A stretch of 64,000 nt of DNA from Desulfatiglandales bacterium (GCA_963662465.1 OY759599.1:2752001-2816000); one strand, 5' to 3'. Counted from the first letter of the stretch, positions 31,528-41,769 are shown. Numbers and translations: made by a program. Notes: generated by a model not told the origin, from the sequence alone.

Positions 31528-31671
31528 GTCGGTGATGCTCAAAATGGGTTATGAAATAATTTTGTACGCTTATATCTTAATGGCAACATCTTGTCAATGC
31601 AGCCGTCAGCATCCGGCAAATGGATTCATTCAGAAGTGTTGTTTTTGATTATAGCGTCGTTGAAAAGGTCA

Positions 31672-31908
31672 TCAGACAACACGAACTTCCTTTTCCAAAA
31701 TCTCCTTCACAAAGGGATTTTCGGGGACAAAATCTTCCGGCCGAAACGGAAGAGGGGAAAGATCGCTGCTCACCGAAAGGGTAATGCGTCTGATTTTGCT
31801 GCGATCATCAAAACGGTCTCCCACGAATGCGTCGGATACCAGCGCAATATCGATATCACTCCATTCATTCGCTTTCCCATGGGCATAACTGCCAAACAAA
31901 ACCGCTCT
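31672..31908 (-). pseudogene. 5'-truncated minimal nucleotidyltransferase (MNT antitoxin-like)
   Basis: AVLFGSYAHGKANEWSDIDIALVSD motif; N-terminus replaced by DUF1566 sequence. Confidence 0.75.
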
Positions 31909-32203
31909 GTTTCACCTCCCAAATCAGGCCGGTCACATTATCCCGCACCATCACCCAGGAGGTGGCAGATGCCGAAAGCGCGTTTCCGTTTGCATCCAGC
32001 TTGGTGTAGGACGGCGGATTGATGGTGTAGTTGGCATCCTGACCGTAAAAGGACTGGCCGGTGCTTGGGCAGGTGATGACGTTGCCGCCAGCATCGTAAC
32101 AGGTGGTCTGGCCCGTGTCGGGGACGGGGGCGGCCGGGGCCTGGGTAGCCGTGATCATGAACACCAGAAACAAACCGAACATCCACATCCTCTTTTTTTT
32201 CAT
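31909..32203 (-). pseudogene. 3'-truncated secreted DUF1566/Lcl-like protein
   Basis: AGGAGG RBS, signal peptide, VPDTGQTTCYD...FYGQDANY...VRDNVTGLIWEVK, then an abrupt out-of-frame join to the MNT gene. Confidence 0.75.
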
Positions 32204-32236
32204 CACCGACCTCCTGTCTCTTTTCCACCCTGCATC

Positions 32237-32324
32237 AGGTGCGACTTGTAAGTGCGACTTCAGTCGCACAACCAACCTCCGGAAAACCCATAACCCCCTG
32301 CTGTGCGGCTGAAGCCGCACCGAC
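32237..32324. repeat. REP doublet plus a half REP, downstream of RAYT
   Basis: Half REP AGGTGCGACTT at 32237-32247; GTAAGTGCGACTTCAGTCGCAC at 32248-32269; inverted GTGCGGCTGAAGCCGCACCGAC at 32303-32324. Confidence 0.88.
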
Positions 32325-32358
32325 AGTGCAAAAACCGCCGGAACAGGGCAAATACCCT

Positions 32359-32835
32359 TTACAGCCACACCGCATCCCACAACGGATATTCCTCAATCCG
32401 TTTCACAAGACCGGCCCGAAGGGGGTTGCCCACGATATACCGGGCCAATTTCCGGACGTCTTCATCTTTCCTGATGGCATGATCATAGAATGCCCGCTGC
32501 CACACGTTTCCCTTACGTCCCGGAAGCTGATTCACTCGGCGGCCAGATCGACCCTTCAACAACTGAACCACCCGTGAAAGATCCCCGTGATCCCCCAGCA
32601 CCAGCAGCCAATGAAGATGATCGGACATGATCACCCAGGCGACCGATGCCACAAGACCATCTTCGTGCAGGCGCATCATCTCGCGAACCACCGCACGGCC
32701 CGCGAACAAATCCCTGAAAACCGGAACCCGCCCCGCCGTTACCGTGGTAACCATATAGCAACAACCCGGTTCCGACCACCGTCCCCGACGCAGTGCGTTG
32801 TAGCCGGACGGGTGATTTGGGATGATTTGCTGCAT
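32359..32835 (-). mobile_element. REP-associated tyrosine transposase (RAYT, HUH Y1 family)
   Basis: LRRGRWSEPG, YMVTTVT, MSDHLHWL (HUH), WQRAFYDHAIR, YIVGNPLRAGLV; flanked by REPs. Confidence 0.92.
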
Positions 32836-32865
32836 TATGGGTTCCGGGTTTTGAAATTTATTGTT

Positions 32866-33008
32866 GTGCGACTGAAGTCGCACCCACAAACTGCACCTGC
32901 AATCGTGCATACGGGTCGCCGGGTAGGTGCGACTTCAGTCGCACAATTTGTACCCCCGATTGCTTTGCACATGAACAGGGTTTGTTGTGCGGCTGAAGCC
33001 GCACCTAC
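32866..33008. repeat. Three REPs (consensus GTAGGTGCGRCTTCAGYCGCAC)
   Basis: 32866-32887 (reverse), 32923-32944 (forward), 32987-33008 (reverse). Confidence 0.9.
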
Positions 33009-33044
33009 CCCCTCTCCGCGTCTCCCTCTCACAAACACGCCCCA

Positions 33045-33290
33045 TCACTCCGCCCGCGCCATCCGTTTCTCTTCCGCCCACACGCGAACCTGCTCCAGGC
33101 TCCCGGCATCCAGAAACCGCTCGGCCAGGTCCTCGATCTCTTCGGTTTTTAAACCAACAAGCATCGAATAAACCAAATCGGGTTTCACCTGAAAACGTTT
33201 GGCAGCCAGACGGACCAACACTTTCATGGTTCCCTGCTGGATTCCCTGCTCGATTCCCTCTTCAATCCATTGTTCCGCCAATGTCGCCAT
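33045..33290 (-). CDS. Predicted internally translated small Rpn (RpnS) antitoxin, 81 aa
   Basis: In-frame ATG (MATLAEQ) preceded by purine-rich GAAGGGGGTGA, matching the internal-start arrangement known for the Rpn family. Confidence 0.6.
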   Translation of the reverse strand: MATLAEQWIEEGIEQGIQQGTMKVLVRLAAKRFQVKPDLVYSMLVGLKTEEIEDLAERFLDAGSLEQVRVWAEEKRMARAE

Positions 33291-34028
33291 AAGATCACCC
33301 CCTTCATCGACAAAAACTTCCTTCAACGCACTGACCAACTCTTCCCGACTCATGTGGCTGCTCCCGCTTGACAGATACCGCAGCGCCGCCTCCAGAAACT
33401 GAAGGGCCGTACGCCGGTCCCCAAAATCTTCCAGCAACCCCAGAAAACCCGGCAGCAGTTTCCCCAGGTCCTCTGAAAATATATGCTTCATCAGGAGAAA
33501 CGTCACCCGCAGCAACACCCCGCCCTTGATCTCCTGATCGCTGTATCGGGAAAGGTCCCAGATCAGATACTCGAAATTCGGCACATGGGGTCTCATGATG
33601 TCGGGCAGGTCTACCAGGTCCTGAAAGGTGGGCTTTACCCGCCATTTGTTCTTCCCATGATACACCACCAGCGGCAGGATTGCCGGAAGCAGTCCCTTTT
33701 TTTCCTGCTTACGGTAGCTTGTCCATATCCGAACCATCGACATCAGAAGATACAGTGCCACTTCCGGGTCCTGATAACTCTTGTGTTCAAAGAGGAAATA
33801 GACGAAGAGCTTCCCCTTTCCCTTGAGTTCCACCTCATACAGCAGATCGGAGAACCGCTCTTCCAGTTCCTCATCCACGAACGTGTCCTTGCTGATTTTC
33901 AGGGTTCCGGGGTTCAGGAGCGCCGCGATCCTGGATGGAATATAATTTTCCACAAAATCACGCGCCACCTCCACCCGCGAAAAGGTTTCCTTGAAAAATC
34001 GGTCATGAGGATTGTTGATGCGTCCCAT
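33045..34028 (-). CDS. Rpn/YhgA-like recombination-promoting nuclease (PD-(D/E)XK)
   Basis: NPHDRFFK, FSDLLY, LFEHKS, LPLVVYHG, MATLAEQWIEEGIEQGIQQG. Confidence 0.93.
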   Translation of the reverse strand: MGRINNPHDRFFKETFSRVEVARDFVENYIPSRIAALLNPGTLKISKDTFVDEELEERFSDLLYEVELKGKGKLFVYFLFEHKSYQDPEVALYLLMSMVRIWTSYRKQEKKGLLPAILPLVVYHGKNKWRVKPTFQDLVDLPDIMRPHVPNFEYLIWDLSRYSDQEIKGGVLLRVTFLLMKHIFSEDLGKLLPGFLGLLEDFGDRRTALQFLEAALRYLSSGSSHMSREELVSALKEVFVDEGGDLMATLAEQWIEEGIEQGIQQGTMKVLVRLAAKRFQVKPDLVYSMLVGLKTEEIEDLAERFLDAGSLEQVRVWAEEKRMARAE

Positions 34029-34071
34029 CTTTTACCCCGATGATGCAACGAAAAGGCATCCTGCCTCCATT

Positions 34072-34148
34072 GTAGGTGCGACTTCAGTCGCACAAACCAG
34101 GCCCCCGATAAGAACTCAATTTCATTGTGCGACTGAAGTCGCACCTAC
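34072..34148. repeat. REP doublet upstream of rpn
   Basis: GTAGGTGCGACTTCAGTCGCAC at 34072-34093 and a perfect inverted copy at 34127-34148. Confidence 0.9.
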
Positions 34149-34365
34149 CCTTGTTCCGCCAATGTCGCCACAAAATCACCCCCCCCTTCATCCAAAAGAA
34201 TTTCCTTTAACAACAAAAAAATCTCTGCTGGGATATCATGCATCGTTGTGCGGCTAACGTCAACAAGGCAGCGAAACGCTGAGTACATCGGCAGTCTATC
34301 GCTAAATTCTATTTGGGTCAATTATAAATGCTTAAGACTAGGTTTAGGCATCCTTCATTTGAGGA

Positions 34366-35625
34366 TTACCCTGCCCGCAAGATTTTCTTTTCCGTAGGCG
34401 AAAACAGGTAAATATGGCCGAATTCACCATCGTAACCCCCATCCCGAATCACCCTGCCCTTTCTCATCCTCCTGATGGCCTCCGCAAGCAATGGACCGCC
34501 CGACTTTTCTATCCGGCCCAAGGGAATATCCATTAGAATTCGGAGTTCCGGGCCCAGGTCATGGAGCAGCGCCTCGTAATGGGAAATGACCTTTTTGGTG
34601 GCAGGACCGCAATTCAGCAGCTCGGAGAGAACTTCCGTCAAAGGAATCAGGTGGTAAACGTCCCTGGTCAGGACGGGCTTTTCCCGGTCAGCCAGTTCAT
34701 ACACTCGGTTCAGGACTCCCACCGTCATGGACTTGCCGCATACCGGGCAGATAGATCCTCTCTCCCTTGTTTCAAGTGGTTCGCACCTCATCCGGCATTT
34801 CCGGTGCCCGTCCAGGTGGTACTTTCCCGCCTCGGGGTAAAACTCAATGGTTCCCGAGAACCCTTTCGCCCCTTTCATGGCCCCGACCATATGGGGATAA
34901 TCCAATTTTGTATCAAAAAGATTGGCCTCTCGACCCAGTTTCGAGGCGGAGTGAGCATCGGAATTAGAGACCAGTACGTATCCGTCCAAGGCCGAGATGC
35001 GCCGGTTCATGGCAGGGTCGGAGGAAAGGCCCGTTTCGAGACAATGGATGTGAGGCGTGAGGTCCTCGAAGCATTCCTCGATGGTGTCGAAGCCGGATTT
35101 TGATCCGAAGAGGGAAAACCACGGGGTCCAGACGTGAGCCGGTATGAGAAGCGCCCTTTCGCTGACCTCCAGCGTAATTTCCAGGAGGTCATGGGAATCG
35201 AGTCCCAGGATAGGCCGCCCGTCCGAGGTGATATTCCCTATTCGATCAAGCCGTTTCTGAAAACGCGCCACCGCCGGCATATCGGGCATGAGGATGAGGT
35301 GATGCACCTTTCGGGTTTTTCCATTTTTCTTGTAGATGCAGCTGATCTCTCCCGTGAGAAGAAAGCGTGTGACGCCGGGGCAACTGGAAGGGATCTCATT
35401 TTCCATCCTCTTTTCAAGCGCCGGGGCCAACCGAAAAAGCCCCTCCTCCGCCGCCACCAGCTTTTCCCCGAGTTCGGAAGTCCAGGCAGGATGCGTTAAA
35501 TCCCCCGTGCCGATAACGGCAAGTCCTTTTTTCCTTGCCCAGAAAGAGAGTTGCTCAGGATCAAGGCTTTTTGAAGTGGCCCTGGAGTAACGGGAGTGAA
35601 TATGGAGATCAGCAATGAATTTCAT
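34366..35625 (-). CDS. Endonuclease Q family (PHP domain) protein
   Basis: ADLHIHSRYSRATS, GTGDLTHP, PAHVWTPWFS, ETGLSSDP, SNSDAHS, GKYHLDGHRKC, CPVC. Confidence 0.9.
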   Translation of the reverse strand: MKFIADLHIHSRYSRATSKSLDPEQLSFWARKKGLAVIGTGDLTHPAWTSELGEKLVAAEEGLFRLAPALEKRMENEIPSSCPGVTRFLLTGEISCIYKKNGKTRKVHHLILMPDMPAVARFQKRLDRIGNITSDGRPILGLDSHDLLEITLEVSERALLIPAHVWTPWFSLFGSKSGFDTIEECFEDLTPHIHCLETGLSSDPAMNRRISALDGYVLVSNSDAHSASKLGREANLFDTKLDYPHMVGAMKGAKGFSGTIEFYPEAGKYHLDGHRKCRMRCEPLETRERGSICPVCGKSMTVGVLNRVYELADREKPVLTRDVYHLIPLTEVLSELLNCGPATKKVISHYEALLHDLGPELRILMDIPLGRIEKSGGPLLAEAIRRMRKGRVIRDGGYDGEFGHIYLFSPTEKKILRAG

Positions 35626-35801
35626 GGCGTCAAAAAAACGACAATATGGCCTTTTACGATGCAGTAACGCCCGTCCGGCCATGGGAATGGCGTTCTTCGA
35701 CGCTCTTTTGCGTTGTATCTTTGATGCCTTTGAGATATCGTAGTGAGCATACTTTAAATTCTGGAATCGTTTATAATATCAGAAAAGAATTGGGGAAAGC
35801 C

Positions 35802-36863
35802 ATGACAAATCCGATAATGGAACACCCGTTTCCAAAATCCACCACCCAGACGGAGAAATGCCGGATGCTGCTGGAAACCGTTTCGTCGGATGACAGTCTG
35901 GGCATCGTCATCAACGCCGATCCTGACGCCATGTCCAGCGCTCTGGCGTTAAAGCGGTTGTTCTGGCGAAAAATCAGGAAAGTAGAGATCCTACATGTCA
36001 ATACCATTGACCGCCCCGATAACCTTGCGCTAATCAGACTGCTCAACATCAAACAACGGCGCATCCGTTCAATGCGCGGTCGAAAGCTCACAAAATGGGC
36101 CATGGTGGATTCCCAACCCAGCCACTATCCCCCCTTTAAGGACTACCCCTTTGACATCATCATAGACCATCATCCCGTGGATATCTCGTCAAAAGCAACT
36201 TTCATGGACATCAGGGCGGACTATGGCGCCAACGCAACCATCATGACCGAGTATCTCAAAAGCATGAAGATAGTCCCATCCGCCAGGCTCGCAACCGCAC
36301 TGTTCTACGGCATCAAAACCGACACCGCCAACTTTGTGAGGGATTCCCTCTCCAACGACATCAATGCCTTCAAATATCTGTATCAATTCGCAAACATGAA
36401 CACCATCAAAAAGATTGAATCTTCCGAGTTAAGCCGTCACACCCTGAAAGATTTTCGTCTTGCCATGGACAGACTGATTTTTGCGGACAACATGGCCTTT
36501 GTGGACATGGGAGAAGTCAAAAATCCAGACACGCTGGTTATTATTGCTGATTTTTTCATGAAGCTGTCGGAAACCGAATGGAGCATCGTCGCGGGCATCC
36601 ATGGCAGAAAGCTGATCGTCATTTTCAGGAATGCGGGTTTCAGGGGCAATGCCGGCAATACGGCAAAAAAGCTTTTCAATTCCTGGGGCGGCTCCGCCGG
36701 CGGACATAAGTCGGCCGCCAGAGGGGAAATACCGCTAAAAGAACTGGAGACCAAAATAGGCGGAAGCGCCGATTTCGGCAAAATAATTCTGGAAAAGCTG
36801 AAAACCTTCAAACGCAAAAGCGTATCATCTGAGAACGAAACTTCCAAAAGGAGTGAATCTTGA
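35802..36863 (+). CDS. DHH-family phosphoesterase
   Basis: ADPDAM, VDSQ, IIDHH, GIKTDT, SAGGH. Confidence 0.9.
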   Translation: MTNPIMEHPFPKSTTQTEKCRMLLETVSSDDSLGIVINADPDAMSSALALKRLFWRKIRKVEILHVNTIDRPDNLALIRLLNIKQRRIRSMRGRKLTKWAMVDSQPSHYPPFKDYPFDIIIDHHPVDISSKATFMDIRADYGANATIMTEYLKSMKIVPSARLATALFYGIKTDTANFVRDSLSNDINAFKYLYQFANMNTIKKIESSELSRHTLKDFRLAMDRLIFADNMAFVDMGEVKNPDTLVIIADFFMKLSETEWSIVAGIHGRKLIVIFRNAGFRGNAGNTAKKLFNSWGGSAGGHKSAARGEIPLKELETKIGGSADFGKIILEKLKTFKRKSVSSENETSKRSES

Positions 36864-38227
36864 CGGGTTTCAAAACGAGAATTATCGAAGCCAGGCTCAT
36901 TGACGAGGTCAAAGCCCTAATCGAGCAAGGGAAGCTCGATCCGCTCAAAAAGCTGGTTGAAGAAATGCGACCCGCCGATGTGGCGGACCTGATCGAGCAT
37001 TTGGGCGCCGGTGAAAGAATCATCATTTTCCAGCTCCTGGAACCGGAGGGCGCCGGAGACGTACTCGTTGAAATCGAACCACCGGTTCAAGAACGCCTTC
37101 TGCGAGACCTGGACAACAAGGCCATTTCCGACATCGTGGCGGAAATGGATTCAGACGATGCAGCGGATCTGGTGGGGGACCTCCCAGCTGAACGGGCCCA
37201 GGAAATCATCGAGTCCGTCGATGATCACATCTCGGAAGAGATTGAAAAACTGCTCCCCTTTCCTGAAGACACCGCCGGCGGCATCATGGCCCTGGAATTT
37301 CTGGCGGTAAAGGCCGACGTCACGGTAGGAGACGCCATCAAAACCATTCGGGAAAAAGGGCGAGAAATTGAAAACCTCTACTATATCTGGGTCACGGATG
37401 ATTTTCAGAGGCTGGTGGGGGTCATTTCCCTCAAGGATCTGGTTCTCGAATCCGAAGACCGAAAAATCAGCGACATCATGCAACCCGATGTGATCAGCGT
37501 GGGGGTGGACACGGACCAGGAAGAAGTGGCCAATCTCGTCCGGCGATACGACCTGGTCAATATCCCGGTGGTGGACGATTATTTTCGCCTGGTGGGCCGC
37601 ATCACCCATGATGATATTATGGACGTCATCGAAGAAGAGAACGACGAAGATATGTCGCTCATGGCCGGCATTATCGATCAGGAAGTTACCGAGGAATCCA
37701 CCCTCAAAATTTCCAGGGCCAGGCTTCCATGGCTCATTGCGGCGCTTTTCGGCGGCGTTTTCGCGGCGGTCATCATTGATCAGTTTCAAGCCTCCATCAA
37801 GGCAATGATCGCTCTGTCATTCTTTTTCCCCGTAGTCATGGCCATGGGGGGAAACACCGGCACTCAAGCGGCCACGGTAGTGGTCAGGGGGCTTGCAACG
37901 GGAGATATCGGGCTTGTGAATATTGGAAAAAGGCTGTGGATGGAATTGCGGGTAGCCCTCATCAACGGCCTCATCTGCGGCGGCATCCTGGGGTTGATTG
38001 TGGGCTTCTGGGTGAAAGACTACCGACTGGGCCTCATTGTCAATGCGGCCCTCTTTCTCATCATCATAATTTCAGGCTTGATCGGCACCGCGGTTCCCCT
38101 GGCGCTGAAGCGACTCAATGTGGACCCTGCCCTGGCGGCCGGGCCCTTTGTGACCACATCAAACGATGTCTTGAGCCTTCTCATCTACCTGGGTCTGACA
38201 ACCGTTTTCCTTCGTATGACTGTTTGA
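36860..38227 (+). CDS. mgtE: Magnesium transporter MgtE
   Basis: PADVAD, TAGGIM, CBS pair, RLPWL, GGNTGTQ, DPALAAGPFVTT. Confidence 0.95.
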   Translation: MTGFKTRIIEARLIDEVKALIEQGKLDPLKKLVEEMRPADVADLIEHLGAGERIIIFQLLEPEGAGDVLVEIEPPVQERLLRDLDNKAISDIVAEMDSDDAADLVGDLPAERAQEIIESVDDHISEEIEKLLPFPEDTAGGIMALEFLAVKADVTVGDAIKTIREKGREIENLYYIWVTDDFQRLVGVISLKDLVLESEDRKISDIMQPDVISVGVDTDQEEVANLVRRYDLVNIPVVDDYFRLVGRITHDDIMDVIEEENDEDMSLMAGIIDQEVTEESTLKISRARLPWLIAALFGGVFAAVIIDQFQASIKAMIALSFFFPVVMAMGGNTGTQAATVVVRGLATGDIGLVNIGKRLWMELRVALINGLICGGILGLIVGFWVKDYRLGLIVNAALFLIIIISGLIGTAVPLALKRLNVDPALAAGPFVTTSNDVLSLLIYLGLTTVFLRMTV

Positions 38228-40060
38228 CAACCCTTGAAAAATCTTCAAAGCCAGGTCTCGGCTGATTCCCGGCGCCTGACTCAATTCCGCCACCGTTGCC
38301 TTGGAAATTGCATCCAAACTCTTAAAATATTTCAAAACAACCTGTTTCCTTTTCTTTCCGATGCCGGGGATGCCATCCAGGCAACTTCGGGTCAGGTGTT
38401 TAGCTCTCAGGTTTCGATGGTAGGTGATGGCCCTGCGGTGCGCCTCATCCCGGATTCGCATCATCAAAAACAAGACGGGATGATTGGGCTTCAATCTGAC
38501 CGGGTTCTTTCTGCCGGGAATGTAGATTTTGTCGCATTGCTCTCCCAGGCCCTCATTGGGCTTAGCCAGGGAAATCACCTCGGGCAAAGCACCCACCGGC
38601 GCGTCGACAGCGGATTCCGCCTGCTGATCCAGAACGCGTTTGACCGCGGCCAGATGCCCTTTTCCCCCATCCACCAGAAAGAGATCCGGCAAAGGCATTC
38701 TGTTAATGCGCCGACCCACCATTTCAGTCATCATCCCGTAATCATCAATGCCATCGACCTGCTTGATGCGATAATTCAAATAGCTTGAAGGATCCGGTTC
38801 TCCATCTTTAAAGGAAACCACGGTCCCCACGGCCAATCCGCCCTGAAGATTGGAAATATCAAGCCCCTCGATGGTTCGCGGAATCTTTTTAAGATTCAGC
38901 AGAGACCGGGCCGAATCCAGCAGATCTTCCTTTTGGATCACCTGGTAACCCAAAAGCTGGTTTTTCGCGTTGGCCACCGCCATATCGACCCGTTTCTTCT
39001 TTTCCCCCCGTTCAGGATGGTGAAGCATGATCTTTTTTCCCGCCAGATCACAAAGCCATTCCCGCAAAGCAACAGAATCGTCTATGGATTCAGAAATCAA
39101 AATGGTGTTGGGAATAAACACCGGGGCGGAATAATATTGTTTCAAAAACGCTTCCAACACTTCCCACATGGGAACCGTCTGATCTTCAAAAAGAAAACTT
39201 CGGCTTCCGGTCAAATGTCCGCCTCGCACAAAAAGAGCCGCAACCTGGTGCAACGATCCCTTTTGAGCGATACCAATCACGTCCTGATCAATCATGCGAG
39301 GTGAAACCACATGTTGACGTTCCACGGTTCTCTCAATGGCCTGAATCCGATCCCTGATTTCGGCGGCCCTTTCAAAATCCAGGGTTCCAGCCGCTTCTTC
39401 CATCTCCTTTTTCAGGTCTCCCACCAGTTCCCGATTGCGCCCCTCCAGAAAAAGTCGAACCTGTTCCACCATTTTTGCGTACTCTTTTTCAGGAACCTTA
39501 TGCGCACAGGGTCCGAGACAACGGCCCATCTGGAAGTTCAGACAGGGCCGGGTACGTGTTTTCAGCTTTGTCCCCTTGCATTTTCGAAGCTTAAAGGCGC
39601 CGGCAATCACCCGGGTGGTATTGCGTACCGCGTTTGCGGAGGAAAAAGGCCCGAAATAAAGGGCGCCGTCTTTCTTGATTTTCCTGACAATGCCGAGGCG
39701 CGGATAGGGCTCACGAACATCCAGTCTGAGACAGGGGTATTGTTTGTCGTCCCGAAGAATAATGTTGTAACGGGGTTTAAATTTTTTAATCAAATCGTTT
39801 TCAAGGATAAAGGCGTCTTTTTCGGTGAGGGTAAGAATAAACTCCAAGCCTTCCGCCATTTTCATCATTCGAGCGGTTTTAGCGGCGGTATTATCCTGAC
39901 TTCGAAAATAGGAAAGGACCCGCTTTTTGAGATTCTTGGCTTTTCCCACATAGATGACCTTGCCTTGCAAATCCACGAACAGGTACACGCCGGGGTCATC
40001 GGGAAGGACTTTTCGCAACGATTTTGGATCCAGTTCATACCGGACGCGGTCATGGGTCAT
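38159..40060 (-). CDS. uvrC: Excinuclease ABC subunit C
   Basis: PGVYLF...YVGKAKNLKKRV GIY-YIG, FERAAEIRD, DISN, IRDEAHR, C-terminal HhH. Confidence 0.96.
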   Translation of the reverse strand: MTHDRVRYELDPKSLRKVLPDDPGVYLFVDLQGKVIYVGKAKNLKKRVLSYFRSQDNTAAKTARMMKMAEGLEFILTLTEKDAFILENDLIKKFKPRYNIILRDDKQYPCLRLDVREPYPRLGIVRKIKKDGALYFGPFSSANAVRNTTRVIAGAFKLRKCKGTKLKTRTRPCLNFQMGRCLGPCAHKVPEKEYAKMVEQVRLFLEGRNRELVGDLKKEMEEAAGTLDFERAAEIRDRIQAIERTVERQHVVSPRMIDQDVIGIAQKGSLHQVAALFVRGGHLTGSRSFLFEDQTVPMWEVLEAFLKQYYSAPVFIPNTILISESIDDSVALREWLCDLAGKKIMLHHPERGEKKKRVDMAVANAKNQLLGYQVIQKEDLLDSARSLLNLKKIPRTIEGLDISNLQGGLAVGTVVSFKDGEPDPSSYLNYRIKQVDGIDDYGMMTEMVGRRINRMPLPDLFLVDGGKGHLAAVKRVLDQQAESAVDAPVGALPEVISLAKPNEGLGEQCDKIYIPGRKNPVRLKPNHPVLFLMMRIRDEAHRRAITYHRNLRAKHLTRSCLDGIPGIGKKRKQVVLKYFKSLDAISKATVAELSQAPGISRDLALKIFQGLSNSHTKENGCQTQVDEKAQDIV

Positions 40061-40065
40061 GTTTC

Positions 40066-40653
40066 TTAAATATCATCCCATCGGGTCTGAAGGCGTTTGG
40101 TTAAAATCACCAGGTTGTGCGGGTAATCCTCCATATCCAGCACATGATCCTTCAAAATCGCCCGTTCAACGAAATCCAACTTTTTCACGCCATGAATCAC
40201 CGAAATATCCCGATCTTCAATGAGCTGCATCACCAGGATTTTCAATCCGATGTCCATGGCCAGGTTGATCAGGTCCAAGAGCATCCATGTTCCCAGTTTT
40301 TTTTCCCGCATAACCGGATCCACGGCAACCCGGATTTTACCGATGTGCTTTTTGGCCCCATATCCCTTCATCATCAGTACGGCATTGGCAACCGCCCGGC
40401 CTTCCAGAAAGGCGACGATGGAAACCACCCGCTTCAAATTGAGGTTCCGAATCCACCCGTCAATCAGCTCCGGATCATTGACATCATGATTTAAAAACCA
40501 CAACTCGTCCCGGGGAAATCGGTGGAACATCTGGAAAAGCGCCTCGTGGTCGCCATCTTTCAAAGGCCTCAGGGTAACACCGGTGCCATCCTTAAGGATC
40601 ACCTCTTTGGGATAATCTTTCAGTACCCTTTCAAGGGCGCGTTGCCGTTCCAT
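40066..40653 (-). CDS. GNAT-family N-acetyltransferase
   Basis: LKDGTGVTLRPL, VDPVMREKKLGT acetyl-CoA motif. Confidence 0.8.
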   Translation of the reverse strand: MERQRALERVLKDYPKEVILKDGTGVTLRPLKDGDHEALFQMFHRFPRDELWFLNHDVNDPELIDGWIRNLNLKRVVSIVAFLEGRAVANAVLMMKGYGAKKHIGKIRVAVDPVMREKKLGTWMLLDLINLAMDIGLKILVMQLIEDRDISVIHGVKKLDFVERAILKDHVLDMEDYPHNLVILTKRLQTRWDDI

Positions 40654-40767
40654 TTTCCACCTTTTAAATTTTTCAAAAAAGTTGCATCCATTCAAGGTAA
40701 ATGATAGAACCTCCCGGAGTCAAGATTATACTTTTTCAAAACTGGGTTTGAATAAACAAAACATGAC

Positions 40768-41769
40768 ATGTGCTGTTCCATGCAAAAACATGCATTATAC
40801 CTTTCGGTTCTGTGCCTTCTGATGCTTTTAGAAGCTTGCGCTCCCAAAAAATCCATCATGCCGCCGCTGGCAACCGTGGAAGGCATCCATCGGCATTTTT
40901 CCCAAGGGCGGATCATTGACCTCAAAACAGGAAAAGCCGTTTCTTTTCCCGACCTGATGGATCAGCTTAAAAAGATCGATGTTATTTTCGTGGGAGAGGT
41001 TCATAACAACCCCGAACACCACCTGATCCAGATACAACTTCTGCAAGCCCTTTTGGCGCGGGATACCCCACCCCCGGCGGTTGCAATGGAATTTTTCGAT
41101 GCGACCCGGCAACCGGTGCTGGATCAGTTTATGAATGGGGATCTGGATGAAGCGACGTTTCTGGAACAGGTTGACTGGAAGAACAGCTGGCGGTTCCCCT
41201 ATCATCTTTATCGCCCGCTCCTGTGGGCTTCCCGGGAAAAAGGGGCCGCGCTTCTGGGCATAAACGCACCAAACCCGGTGGTCGGAAAGGTGGCGAGATC
41301 GGGTCTATCGAGCCTCACGGTGGAAGAACGCGGGCAGGTGGCCAAAGACATCGAACTGGGAGATGCGGATCATCGCGCGTATCTCAGCGGTATATTCAAA
41401 CAACACCAATTTCATCATAAAGGCGGTATGGGAAATTTCGATCATTTTTATGAGGCCCAATGCGTATGGGACGAAACAATGGCCGAAACCATTGCCGACT
41501 ACATAAAGCTAAAGGGCGGAAAAATGGTTGTTTTTACGGGGAACGGCCATATTATCAACAAATTCGGCATTCCCGACCGGGTTCTGCGGCGTGTTGACAT
41601 GAATATGGCAACCATTGTGCTATACCCCTTGACAGAACGGACAACAATCAATAAAAGAGTGGCAGATTATGTCTGGCTCACCAGTGGTTGTGCGGTAGGA
41701 AGAATGATGATGCGCCCCACGAAGATGCCCCGGAAAAAAATGGAAATCGAAGGAACAATAAGACAATGA
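40768..41769 (+). CDS. ChaN-family lipoprotein
   Basis: Lipobox LEAC; FVGEVHNNPEHH, AMEFF, AQCVWDETMA, GNGH. Confidence 0.85.
   Translation: MCCSMQKHALYLSVLCLLMLLEACAPKKSIMPPLATVEGIHRHFSQGRIIDLKTGKAVSFPDLMDQLKKIDVIFVGEVHNNPEHHLIQIQLLQALLARDTPPPAVAMEFFDATRQPVLDQFMNGDLDEATFLEQVDWKNSWRFPYHLYRPLLWASREKGAALLGINAPNPVVGKVARSGLSSLTVEERGQVAKDIELGDADHRAYLSGIFKQHQFHHKGGMGNFDHFYEAQCVWDETMAETIADYIKLKGGKMVVFTGNGHIINKFGIPDRVLRRVDMNMATIVLYPLTERTTINKRVADYVWLTSGCAVGRMMMRPTKMPRKKMEIEGTIRQ

Noticed and set aside
32237..34148. 22-nt palindromic repeats as a CRISPR array
   Set aside because: Orientation alternates, spacing is irregular with genes in between, there are no cas genes, and a RAYT is adjacent: these are REPs.
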